From Patescibacteria group bacterium (lineage in GTDB: Bacteria > Patescibacteriota > Patescibacteriia > JAQUQO01), in assembly GCA_028716045.1 (NCBI GenBank), contig JAQUQO010000001.1, positions 256,942 to 320,941 on the forward strand: 64,000 nt of DNA. Reading direction: 5' to 3'. The notes below the pieces were generated by a model. The model had not been told where the DNA came from, made no database searches, and saw only the letters and a list, made by a program, of their open reading frames with translations. Shown one piece after another: positions 1 to 8,485 of this stretch. Position numbers and translations under genes: made by a program. How positions within the stretch are numbered: position 1 is the stretch's first letter; every line of letters starts with the position of its first letter.

Positions 1-193
1 TCAAACAGTGCCCGAGGCCTGTCTGGATTTAAGCGGATTTTTAGTTGATAAATATCTGGCGGAGATGCCGATGGACCCCGAGAATGGTTCCGCCGCCCAA
101 ACCGGCTACTACATCTATCGCGCTACCGACAGCAATCGCATTGAAGTCGGCGCCTGCGACACCAATTCCGGAGTGATAAAAGTGAAGAGGTAA
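1..193 (+). CDS. hypothetical protein, C-terminal fragment; the frame is open to the window edge with GTG at 8
   Basis: In-frame codons continue upstream of position 8 without a stop. The 61-aa tail ends ...GYYIYRATD...; no recognisable family. Confidence 0.25.
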   Translation, partial: QTVPEACLDLSGFLVDKYLAEMPMDPENGSAAQTGYYIYRATDSNRIEVGACDTNSGVIKVKR

Positions 194-198
194 AATAT

Positions 199-816
199 AT
201 GGAAAATACAATTACTACAATACAAGCAGCGCCTAATCAATATGAGATAATGTTAAATAATTATGCGGCAATTGTTGAAAAAACTAATCAACAAATGAGT
301 TATTGGTTTGACCCTTATATTCTTATAATTGCTTCATTAACTGCTTTATTTACAGTAGGAACGATAGTAGCCGCCGTTGTTATATATTGGAATAGCAGAG
401 AAGGTAAAAGAAAATTAGACGATATTATTCGAAGTCAAAAAAAAGAGATAGAAGATAGAAATGAACGAGAAGATCAGCTCTCTAAAGAGAGAGAAAAAAA
501 AGCGAAAAAATATGAGGAATCTACCAATGATTTAATACAAGAATATCAGAAGAAGTTAAAAAATTTAGACTCGCTAAAAGATAAAAAAGAAAGAAAAGGA
601 ATTGAAAAAATTATTGACGAATTAAATAAAAGTAAGGCATCCCTTGGTTCTTATGCAATTCCGCAAGCGAGAGAGCAGGGTATTTTCGATCGCGTCCGTA
701 CTTGTTCCAGTTGTGGTAAGCCATTTCAATATATAGATTGGTTTTTAACAACCCAAATAGGTCTTGTTAATAAAACCGTTGATTGCCCGCATTGTGGTGC
801 TACGAACCTTGTTTAA
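199..816 (+). CDS. membrane-anchored coiled-coil protein with C-terminal 4-Cys zinc ribbon (hypothetical)
   Basis: One N-terminal TM helix (ILIIASLTALFTVGTIVAAVVIY), a K/E-rich coiled-coil middle, and a C-terminal CSSCG...CPHCG motif. Confidence 0.5.
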   Translation: MENTITTIQAAPNQYEIMLNNYAAIVEKTNQQMSYWFDPYILIIASLTALFTVGTIVAAVVIYWNSREGKRKLDDIIRSQKKEIEDRNEREDQLSKEREKKAKKYEESTNDLIQEYQKKLKNLDSLKDKKERKGIEKIIDELNKSKASLGSYAIPQAREQGIFDRVRTCSSCGKPFQYIDWFLTTQIGLVNKTVDCPHCGATNLV

Positions 817-990
817 ATTAAGTATTAATTTTGGGGGATACTTATTTCTTTGACTATTATATTAGTTTGACAGGGGGCAGTATAGATTTACCTTAACCCT
901 TACCCTCCCTCCCCAAATTCCATATAATATAAATAAGTTATTGAGTTTATAGTTCTTTTAACCAGAAAATGAGAAAGGAGAATAGATAAA

Positions 991-1173
991 ATGGCAACGG
1001 ATACAAAGGAAAAAGGCAAGGTTCATTTGGACTACAATCTTTCCCAACCACCTTCGCCGGAAGAGTTAGATTATGGCCGCAAAGTGTTTGAAAGCGAAGA
1101 AGGAGAGCCCCTTCCTCCGAGTCCCAAATTCCGAAAATTAAAAGAGGAGGCGGAAAAGCGGAAGCAGCGATAA
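991..1173 (+). CDS. small acidic/proline-rich hypothetical protein (60 aa)
   Basis: Strong SD (GAGAAAGGAGAA) 8 nt upstream of the ATG. A hairpin plus T-run terminator follows at about 1198-1230. Confidence 0.35.
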   Translation: MATDTKEKGKVHLDYNLSQPPSPEELDYGRKVFESEEGEPLPPSPKFRKLKEEAEKRKQR

Positions 1174-1197
1174 ACTGAAGTTTAGCAGCGCACTAAA

Positions 1198-1230
1198 CAA
1201 ACGACTCTAAAGTAAGGGTCGTTTTTTGTT
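1198..1230 (+). terminator. intrinsic terminator after the small ORF
   Basis: Stem AAACGAC...GTCGTTT followed by TTTTTTGTTTT. Confidence 0.45.
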
Positions 1231-1374
1231 TTAGTTAGAGAGGATATTGACAGGTGCTTTTTGTTGCTAAAATATTTTTCTTGGGGTAAAATAAGTGAAT
1301 GTCTTTTGCGAGCGAGAAAGGTATTTTGCGACTCTTTTTATCCACAGTTCGGGGCTTGACCCGAATCTGGGGAG

Positions 1375-1426
1375 ACACAATATCTTGTGGTATAATAATT
1401 AAACTCACTCCTACATATAGTGTATG
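1375..1426 (+). promoter_or_regulatory. nrdJ promoter region: extended -10 (TGgTATAAT at 1388-1396) flanked by two NrdR-box-like palindromes
   Basis: ACACAATATCTTGTGG (1375-1390) and CTACATATAGTGTATG (1411-1426) sit about 32 bp apart, centre to centre. Both resemble the acaCwAtATaTwGtgt NrdR box. Assignment is by eye only. Confidence 0.3.
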
Positions 1427-3217
1427 CCAAATATCAATGTCACCAATCGTGACACCCTAAAATTTAACTTGGGCGGAGAAGAAAGGGTTTTGGAATTCAC
1501 CCCGAGCGCCTGGACGGTTTTGGAGAAGCGTTATTTAAGGAAAGACGAAAACGGCAATGTGATTGAGACCCCGCTGGATATGTTCAGGCGGGTGGCCAAT
1601 AATATCGCCATGGCGGATAAGTTTTACGGCGCCACGGACGAAGAAGTGGCCAAAACCGAAGAGGAATTTTTCAAAATGATGGTTAATTTAGAGTTTTTAT
1701 CAGGCATGGCCTTGAGAAATGCGGGGCGAAAACTCCAACAATTGTCGGCTTGTTATGTTTTGCCCATAGAGGACTCCATGGAATCCATTTATACCACCCT
1801 GAAAAACGCCGCTTTTTTGCATAAAACCGGCGCGGGCATCGGTTATGACTTTTCCAAACTTCGCCCGCGCGATGATGTGGTCAAAAGCACCGGCGGGCGT
1901 TCCTGCGGACCAGTCGGGTTTATGAAACTTTTTGAATATTCCTGCGCTACCATTGTTTATAACGCCGCCACCCGCCGGCCGGGCAATATGGGTATTTTGA
2001 GAGTGGACCATCCGGATATTGAAGAGTTTATCACTACCAAAAGGGATAACTCCGAGCTTCCTAATTTTAATCTTTCCGTGGCCGTGACCGATAAATTCAT
2101 GGAGGCCGTCAAAAATAACGACACCTATGATTTAATAGCTCCTCATAACGGTAAAGTCGTCAAAACCCTGAAAGCCCGGCAGGTTTTTGACCAGCTGGTG
2201 GACAGCGCCTGGGCTTCGGCCGAGCCGGGGATAGTTTTCATTGATGAAATCAATCGCCATAACCCCACGCCTCACGTAGCAAGAATTGACGCGACCAATC
2301 AATGCGGCGAACAGCCCCTGCTTGCTTATGAGGCCTGTAATTTGGGGTCTATTATATTATCCAGATTCGTCACTAGCGGTAAAGATGGCAAGAAAGAAGT
2401 GGATTGGGAGCGTTTGGCCGGCGTTGTCCGGGCGGCGGTCCATTTTTTGGATAATACTATTGATGTTAATAATTATCCTTTGCCGCAGATTACGGAAATG
2501 GTTAAAAACAACCGCAAAATCGGGCTGGGAGTAATGGGTTTTGCGGACCTCTTGATTGAACTCGGTATTTCCTACAATTCCGAGGAGGCCCTGCAGGTTT
2601 CCGAAAAGGTGATGCGTTTTATCAATGAAGTCGGGCATCAGGCGTCGGCCGATTTAGCCAAGGGCCGGGGTTCTTTCCCTAATTTTAAGGGAAGTATTTG
2701 GGAAAAAGAGGGCTATAAAATGATGCGCAACGCCACGGTGACGACTATCGCGCCCAACGGCACCACCAGTATTTTCGCCAATTGTTCGTCGGGCATTGAG
2801 CCGTTATTTTCTTTGGTGTATATCAGAAAAAATATTTTAGATAAGGACCAGGAATTTTTGGAGATTAATCCGGTTTTTGAAAAAGTTGCCAAAGACAATT
2901 GGTTTTATTCCAAAGAGCTGATGGAGGAAATAGCCGTCAAGGGGAGTATCCAGGATATCGAGGGCATTCCCGAGGAAATTAAAAAAGTTTTCGTCACCGC
3001 GCACGATATTCCTCCTGAACAGCATATCCGCGTTCAGGCGACTTTTCAGAAATATACGGATAACGCGGTTTCTAAGACGGTGAACTTGCCCAATAAAGCC
3101 GAGCGGCAGGAAGTGGAGAACATTTTTAGATTGGCTTATGAGCTTGGCTGTAAAGGTGCGACTATTTATCGCGACGGCAGCCGTGAAGCGCAAGTTTTGA
3201 ATTTGAAAAAGGCCTAA
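1424..3217 (+). CDS. nrdJ: class II (adenosylcobalamin-dependent) ribonucleotide reductase, catalytic-core-only copy (597 aa)
   Basis: LSACYVLPIEDS (radical-site Cys), TNQCGEQPLLAYEAC (thiyl Cys, Glu, and Cys at +11), SIAPNGTTS and YRDGSR motifs are present. It lacks the C-terminal redox tail that only the downstream gene carries. Confidence 0.85.
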   Translation: MPNINVTNRDTLKFNLGGEERVLEFTPSAWTVLEKRYLRKDENGNVIETPLDMFRRVANNIAMADKFYGATDEEVAKTEEEFFKMMVNLEFLSGMALRNAGRKLQQLSACYVLPIEDSMESIYTTLKNAAFLHKTGAGIGYDFSKLRPRDDVVKSTGGRSCGPVGFMKLFEYSCATIVYNAATRRPGNMGILRVDHPDIEEFITTKRDNSELPNFNLSVAVTDKFMEAVKNNDTYDLIAPHNGKVVKTLKARQVFDQLVDSAWASAEPGIVFIDEINRHNPTPHVARIDATNQCGEQPLLAYEACNLGSIILSRFVTSGKDGKKEVDWERLAGVVRAAVHFLDNTIDVNNYPLPQITEMVKNNRKIGLGVMGFADLLIELGISYNSEEALQVSEKVMRFINEVGHQASADLAKGRGSFPNFKGSIWEKEGYKMMRNATVTTIAPNGTTSIFANCSSGIEPLFSLVYIRKNILDKDQEFLEINPVFEKVAKDNWFYSKELMEEIAVKGSIQDIEGIPEEIKKVFVTAHDIPPEQHIRVQATFQKYTDNAVSKTVNLPNKAERQEVENIFRLAYELGCKGATIYRDGSREAQVLNLKKA

Positions 3218-3242
3218 ATTATAATTTTATTTATATATTTTT

Positions 3243-6200
3243 ATGACCAAAGAAGAGCTGCTTTCAAAAAAGCCCGAATTTTCTCCGAGTGCTTTGGAAG
3301 TGATAAAAAAACGCTATTTAAGGCAGGATGAAAATGGCGAGCCGATAGAAACTCCGGAAGAAATGTTTTATCGGGTGGCTGCTTTTATCGCCAGCGCCGA
3401 TAAAAATTACGCCGGAGAAAATTCCGAGAGGTCAATTGAGCAGTTTTACGAGATTTTGGTCAATTTAGAATTCCTTCCGGGAGGCAGGGTTCTTTTTGAA
3501 GCCGGAAATAATCATACCGGGCAAATGTCTTCTTGTTTCGTGATTCCGGTGGAAGACAGCATGGAAGCTATTTTTGACAGTTTGAAAGCGGCCGCTTTAG
3601 TCCAGCAGAATAACGGCGGAACGGGTTTTAATTTTTCCCGCATCCGACCCAAGGGGGATACGGTCAAAGGCGTGCCGGGCATTGCCGCCGGTCCGGTTCA
3701 TTATTTACGCACTTATGATACGGCTTTAAGCCGCGTGCTTCAGGGCAGCAAGAGGCACGGAGCCAATATGGGCATTCTGAATGTCACTCATCCGGACATT
3801 GAAGAATTTATTGAGCTTAAAGACAATGGCTCTACTATTAAAAATTTCAATATCTCCGTGGGCGTCACCAATGGTTTTATGGAGCGGGTGCGCAACGACG
3901 AAGAATATGAACTGATTAATCCGCGGACCGGCAAAACGGTGAAAAATTTGCGGGCGCGGGATATTTTCAACAAAATAACCAAGCGGGCTTGGGAATGCGC
4001 CGACCCCGGGATTATTTTTTTGGATAGAATGGAAGAAGGGAATAACAATCCGCATCTCGGAAAAATTGAAGCGACCAATCCCTGCGGTGAACAGCCGCTC
4101 CTGCCTTACGAATCCTGTAATCTCGGTTCGGTGGTGCTTCCCAATCATTCTGCCAACGGGGACGTTGACTGGATAAAAATGGAACGCACTATCAGGCGGG
4201 CGGTTCATTTTATGGACAATATGATTGATTTGAATAAATTTCCGCTTCCGGTCATCAGGGAAAATGTTTCCAAAACCAGAAAAATCGGTTTGGGAGCCAT
4301 GGGTTTTGCCCAGTTGCTTTTTAAGCTCGGCATTCCTTATAACTCCGAAGAATCCGTGGCGCTGATTGAAAAGATAATGAAGTTTATTTATGAAATCGCC
4401 AAAGACGAATCCATCAAAATGGCGGAAACGCGCGGAGTTTTTCCGGCTTGGCGGGGCAGCAAATGGGAAAAGATGGGAATTAAAATCCGCAACAGCCATT
4501 TAACCAGCATCGCTCCCAACGGAACAATCAGTTTGGTGGCCAGCACTTCCTCGGGGATTGAGCCGGTATTTTCTTTGGCCACCGTGCGTCGCATGTTTTA
4601 TGAAGACAATAGTGACGGCGGCGGGCGGGTAGTGAATATTATTGACCCGGTTTTTGAGCGCGTCGCCAAAGAACGGGGATTTTACTCTGATAAATTATTG
4701 GAAAAAATTGCCGAAGAAGGAACGCTTAAAGACATTCCGGAAATCCCCGCGGATGTCAAGAAAATTTTTACCACGGCCCACGATGTTACCTTTGACTGGC
4801 ATATTAAAATTCAGGCGGCGGCGCAAAAATATACCGACGCGGCTGTTTCCAAAACCATTAATTTCCCGCGTTATGCCAGCGTTGACGATGTTCGCCGCGC
4901 CTACATTTTAGCTTATGAACTTGGCTGTAAGGGCGTGACTATTTATCGCGATGGCAGTAAAGAGTTTCAGGTTTTAAATCTAAAAGAAAAAGCGGAGGTT
5001 GAAGAAGCTAAGCCAGAGCCGGTGCCGACCAATGATGACTGCATAGAGCTTGAGCCGGTCAGCAAAAAAGCCGTGGAAGAAATTCATGTGCCTACTAAAA
5101 TCCCCCTGACTCCCAACGCCCTGACTGTTTTAGAAAAAAGAGCTTTGATAAAAAATAAGGACGGGCAGGTGATTGAAACCCCCGAAGAACTTTTTCGGCG
5201 GGTGTCCAAGTGGGTGGCGAGCGCGGAAAAGACTTATGGCGCCACGCCGGAAGAAATTTTTAATTTGGAAGAAAAGTTTTACGAAATTCAGTCGCAATTA
5301 CGGTTTTTGTCCGGTCAAGCCCTGCGTAACAGCGGCCACGGACGCTATACGCTTTCCGCCTGTTTTGTTTTGCCGATTTACGATTCCATAGAAAGTATTA
5401 CTGATGCTATCAAGGAAAATGTCATTATTCATAAATCCACCGGCGGGACGGGTTTTAATTATTCGCGTTTACGAGCCAAAGGTTCGCAAGTGGGAGAGGC
5501 GGGACCGGTGGCCGCCGGTCCGGTCACTTTTATGAAAGCGGTTAATCTCACGCAGGGGACCATTCAGACCAAAGGCGGGCGTCAGCAGGGGAGCATGGCT
5601 ATTTTAAATGTTAATCATCCGGATATTGAGGAATTTATAAAAGTTAAAGACGAGCAGGGGGAGCTGGAACATATGAATATCTCCGTAGGGATTACCAAGG
5701 AGTTTATGGAGGCGGTTAAGGAAGACAAGGATTTTAATCTTACCAATCCGGCTGACGGCCGGACGGTTAAAACGGTGAGAGCTAAGAAAATTTTTGACAG
5801 TATCGTGGAGCACGCCTGGAGGAGTGGCGACCCGGGTTTGATTCTGCTTGACAGAATAGAAGAGGATAATCCCACGCCTACATTGGGGAAACTTGATACT
5901 ACTAATCCTTGCGGAGAGCAACCGCTTCTGCCGTATGAAACCTGTAATTTGGGTTCAATTATTTTATCCAATCATATTACCGACGAGGGACTGATTGATT
6001 GGGAAAAACTGCGCGAAACCGTGCGCTATGCCGTTCATTTTCTGGACAACACTATTGATATTAATGTTTTCCCTTTGAAAAAAATAGAAGAAGCCACCCG
6101 GGCCAATAGAAAAATCGGCTTGGGAGTGATGGGCTTTGCCGATATGCTTATAAAATTGGGGATTCCTTATAATTCCGATGAAGCGGTAGCCAAAGCGGAA

Positions 6201-7613
6201 GAAATAATGTCTTTTATCAATAAAGAAGCGCATGGTTATTCCGAAGAATTGGGGAGTAAGAAGGGTTCTTTCCCGAATTTTGATATTAGTTCCTGGAAAA
6301 ACAAAAAGGGATATCTGGCGATGCGCAACGCCACGGTCACGACTATCGCTCCGACCGGTTATACGAGTATTGTGGCCAGTTGTTCCTCGGGCATTGAGCC
6401 GGTTTTTGCCTTAGCTTTCAAACGGCAGAATTCCATGGGCGGAGTGGACCAATTTGAAGTTCATTCGCTTTTTGAAGAGGTTGCCAAAAAACGGGGGTTC
6501 TACTCGGAAAGCTTGATGGAGAGAATTATGGAAGAAGGCGGTGTAAAGAATTTGAAAGAGGTCCCGGAAGACATTAAAAAAGTTTTTGTTTGCGCTCACG
6601 ATATTTCTCCGGAATGGGATTTGCGCATTCAGGCGGCTTTTCAAAAATATACGGATAACGCGGTTTCTAAAACCATTAATTTTCCGGCCAACGCCGCTAC
6701 CGAGGATATCGCGCGGGTTTATCTTTTGGCGTATGAAAAGGGCTGCAAGGGAATTACGATTTACCGCGATGGCAGTCGCAGTCAGGTTTTGACGACCGGC
6801 AAAAAAGGCGAGCCAAAAGAAGAAAGGGGAATCAGTATTTCCAATGTCAGCGTGCCGGGGTTTTCTCCGGCTCCGCGTCCGCGACCCGAATGTGTGCAGG
6901 GATTTACTTATAAAATCAAGACCGGTTATGGGACTTTGTTTGTAACCGTTAATAACGATGAAGAAGGCAAACCATTTGAAGTATTTGCCAACATCGGCAA
7001 AACCGGCGGATTTTTTTCCGCCAAATCAGAATCCATTTGCCGGTTAATTTCTTTGGCCTTGCGTTCGCAGATTGACGTTAAAATAGTAATTGAACAATTA
7101 AAGGGTATCCGCGGACCGATGCCTAGTTGGTCTAACGGCAAAATGATTCTTTCCATCCCCGACGCCATCTCGCAAGTTTTAGAAGAACATGTTTCCAAAT
7201 CCCAGCAAAAACTTGATTTGAAGTTTAGCCAGGAGAGTAAAGAAAAAACCCCAATGGCGGATTACAGCGTGGAGGACAAAATTGAAGAAGTGAAAGAATC
7301 AATAAGAGAGAACATTAAAACAACGGAAGAGAAAAAGGAGATGGCCAGCGAGTCGCCGTCTGAACCGTTAAATCAGGCAACTTTGGTTAAGGAAACAAAG
7401 GAAACCGTGATAATAGAATCCGAACCGATAACTCCCGTCACTCTTCATGGTTCTGGCCATGGAATTGTGGCGCAGACGGAAGTGAAAACCAAAACTCGCG
7501 TGGCTATCGCCGATTTTGGCGTGGCTCCGCAATGTCCGGATTGCGGCAATATCTTGGAGCTGGGGGAAGGATGTATGATGTGCCGCGTCTGCGGTTATTC
7601 CAAATGCGGATAA
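3243..7613 (+). CDS. nrdJ: class II ribonucleotide reductase with two tandem catalytic domains plus a C-terminal domain and Cys-rich tail (1456 aa)
   Basis: Domain A (aa 1-585: SSCFVIPVEDS, TNPCGEQPLLPYESC) is followed by an acidic/Pro linker. Domain B (aa 600-1175: LSACFVLPIYDS, TNPCGEQPLLPYETC) comes next. The C-terminal GYGTLFVTVNNDEEGKPFEVF domain ends in CPDCG...CMMCRVCG. It starts 25 nt after the previous nrdJ in a different frame. Confidence 0.85.
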   Translation: MTKEELLSKKPEFSPSALEVIKKRYLRQDENGEPIETPEEMFYRVAAFIASADKNYAGENSERSIEQFYEILVNLEFLPGGRVLFEAGNNHTGQMSSCFVIPVEDSMEAIFDSLKAAALVQQNNGGTGFNFSRIRPKGDTVKGVPGIAAGPVHYLRTYDTALSRVLQGSKRHGANMGILNVTHPDIEEFIELKDNGSTIKNFNISVGVTNGFMERVRNDEEYELINPRTGKTVKNLRARDIFNKITKRAWECADPGIIFLDRMEEGNNNPHLGKIEATNPCGEQPLLPYESCNLGSVVLPNHSANGDVDWIKMERTIRRAVHFMDNMIDLNKFPLPVIRENVSKTRKIGLGAMGFAQLLFKLGIPYNSEESVALIEKIMKFIYEIAKDESIKMAETRGVFPAWRGSKWEKMGIKIRNSHLTSIAPNGTISLVASTSSGIEPVFSLATVRRMFYEDNSDGGGRVVNIIDPVFERVAKERGFYSDKLLEKIAEEGTLKDIPEIPADVKKIFTTAHDVTFDWHIKIQAAAQKYTDAAVSKTINFPRYASVDDVRRAYILAYELGCKGVTIYRDGSKEFQVLNLKEKAEVEEAKPEPVPTNDDCIELEPVSKKAVEEIHVPTKIPLTPNALTVLEKRALIKNKDGQVIETPEELFRRVSKWVASAEKTYGATPEEIFNLEEKFYEIQSQLRFLSGQALRNSGHGRYTLSACFVLPIYDSIESITDAIKENVIIHKSTGGTGFNYSRLRAKGSQVGEAGPVAAGPVTFMKAVNLTQGTIQTKGGRQQGSMAILNVNHPDIEEFIKVKDEQGELEHMNISVGITKEFMEAVKEDKDFNLTNPADGRTVKTVRAKKIFDSIVEHAWRSGDPGLILLDRIEEDNPTPTLGKLDTTNPCGEQPLLPYETCNLGSIILSNHITDEGLIDWEKLRETVRYAVHFLDNTIDINVFPLKKIEEATRANRKIGLGVMGFADMLIKLGIPYNSDEAVAKAEEIMSFINKEAHGYSEELGSKKGSFPNFDISSWKNKKGYLAMRNATVTTIAPTGYTSIVASCSSGIEPVFALAFKRQNSMGGVDQFEVHSLFEEVAKKRGFYSESLMERIMEEGGVKNLKEVPEDIKKVFVCAHDISPEWDLRIQAAFQKYTDNAVSKTINFPANAATEDIARVYLLAYEKGCKGITIYRDGSRSQVLTTGKKGEPKEERGISISNVSVPGFSPAPRPRPECVQGFTYKIKTGYGTLFVTVNNDEEGKPFEVFANIGKTGGFFSAKSESICRLISLALRSQIDVKIVIEQLKGIRGPMPSWSNGKMILSIPDAISQVLEEHVSKSQQKLDLKFSQESKEKTPMADYSVEDKIEEVKESIRENIKTTEEKKEMASESPSEPLNQATLVKETKETVIIESEPITPVTLHGSGHGIVAQTEVKTKTRVAIADFGVAPQCPDCGNILELGEGCMMCRVCGYSKCG

Positions 7614-7620
7614 TTATAAG

Positions 7621-7644
7621 GGCGGGCGCGAGCCCGCCTCTTTT
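7621..7644 (+). terminator. GC hairpin with a short T-run between nrdJ and cobO (partial terminator or attenuator)
   Basis: GGCGGGC-GCGA-GCCCGCC then TCTTTT. The cobO ATG follows at 7650. Confidence 0.35.
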
Positions 7645-7649
7645 AAACT

Positions 7650-8186
7650 ATGGCAACAGGCAAAGGATACATTCAAGTTTATACCGGCAAGGGCAAGGGG
7701 AAGACCACAGCTTCTCTGGGCCTGCTTATTCGCGCTTTAGGCAGGGGCCGAAAGGTGGCAGTGGTCTATTTTGACAAGGGCGGGGAGAATTACGGTGAGC
7801 GCGAAATTTTGCGGAAATTGGGCGTGGAATATTTTGCTACCGGTCTGGACCGCGTTAATCCCCGGACGCGGGAATTTCGTTTTGGAGTTTTGCCGGAAGA
7901 CATTAAAGAAGCGGAACGCGGTTTGAAAATCGCCGAAGATTTATTTACTAAAAATTACAACCTGATAATTCTAGACGAGCTTGGTTTAGCGGCAAATTTA
8001 AAAATGCTGCCAGTCGCGGATATTATAAAATTGTTAGATAAAAAACCGGAGCATCTGGAACTGGTTATCACCGGCCGTGATTGCCCGCAAGAAATTTTAG
8101 ATAGCGCGGATTTGATTACCGAGATGAAATTAATTAAACATTATTTTTATCAGGGCGTGCCGGCGAGAGAGGGGATAGAATATTAA
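7650..8186 (+). CDS. cobO: cob(I)yrinic acid a,c-diamide / cob(I)alamin adenosyltransferase (CobA/CobO/BtuR family)
   Basis: The P-loop YTGKGKGKTTASLG and the C-terminal ILDELGLA...LELVITGRDCPQEILDSADLITEMKLIKHYF collinearly match CobA/BtuR. Confidence 0.85.
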   Translation: MATGKGYIQVYTGKGKGKTTASLGLLIRALGRGRKVAVVYFDKGGENYGEREILRKLGVEYFATGLDRVNPRTREFRFGVLPEDIKEAERGLKIAEDLFTKNYNLIILDELGLAANLKMLPVADIIKLLDKKPEHLELVITGRDCPQEILDSADLITEMKLIKHYFYQGVPAREGIEY

Positions 8187-8230
8187 ATAAATGTAAACCC
8201 CTCGTGGCGGGTTTTTTATTATTATATATT

Positions 8231-8260
8231 CGCAGAGACAATTCATGAATTGTCTCTGCG
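8231..8260. repeat. 30-bp perfect palindrome CGCAGAGACAATTCA|TGAATTGTCTCTGCG
   Basis: Verified base by base. Its centre lies about 62 bp upstream of the predicted TSS of the downstream promoter. Confidence 0.9.
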
Positions 8261-8271
8261 AGTTCGGGGTC

Positions 8272-8300
8272 TTGACAATATCGTTAAAATATGATAGAGT
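8272..8300 (+). promoter_or_regulatory. sigma70-like promoter (TTGACA-17-TAGAGT)
   Basis: -35 TTGACA 8272-8277, 17-nt spacer, -10 TAGAGT 8295-8300. The upstream context AGTTCGGGGtCTTGAC is shared with the nrdJ promoter region. Confidence 0.5.
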
Positions 8301-8304
8301 ATAT

Positions 8305-8485
8305 TCATATAAAGAAAGTCGCCTAGCGGACTTTCAATAATTGGCAAACAGCTAGGCTCCGCTTAAGACGATTCCCGGTCTGGCGGAGAAAACAGGGATA
8401 TCCCTAATAAAGTGAAAAATGTTCCGCTGTTAGGGAGAAAAAACGGACATTCCCCGGGCGCATCTGCCGCTCGGGGTTTTTATTT
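8305..8485 (+). ncRNA. candidate ORF-free structured transcript of about 180 nt (unknown family)
   Basis: It runs from the promoter at 8272-8300 to a hairpin plus T-run at 8452-8485. No ORF of 60 aa or more is present on either strand. Several internal stems (CCTAGC/GCTAGG, CTCCGC/GCGGAG, AGGGATATCCCT) are visible. Confidence 0.3.

Noticed and set aside
1180-1423. Cobalamin riboswitch upstream of nrdJ
   Set aside because: No B12-box (GCCACTG-like) or recognisable riboswitch core is present. B12 riboswitches normally repress B12-independent RNRs, not nrdJ.
1700-4499. Antisense ORFs inside the RNR genes (1700-2011, 2357-2638, 2837-3193, 3726-4499 on the - strand) and similar shadow ORFs inside metG, atpA, clpB, rel and others
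   Set aside because: They lie entirely within well-supported genes on the opposite strand, have no SD, and show atypical composition. They are shadow ORFs.
3243-7613. Intein inside the 1456-aa RNR as an explanation for its length
   Set aside because: The extra length is a second complete NrdJ catalytic core. The motif order is repeated: SCFV...NPCGE...C...SIAPNGT...YRDGS appears twice. No Hint or homing-endonuclease blocks are present, and no Cys/Ser-...-HN junctions are seen.
1424-7613. Gene 1 and gene 2 of the RNR cluster being one gene split by a sequencing frameshift
   Set aside because: Gene 2 has its own ATG in a different frame, 25 nt after a clean TAA. The gap is AT-rich with stops in all frames. 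I treat them as separate genes, though read-level verification is suggested.
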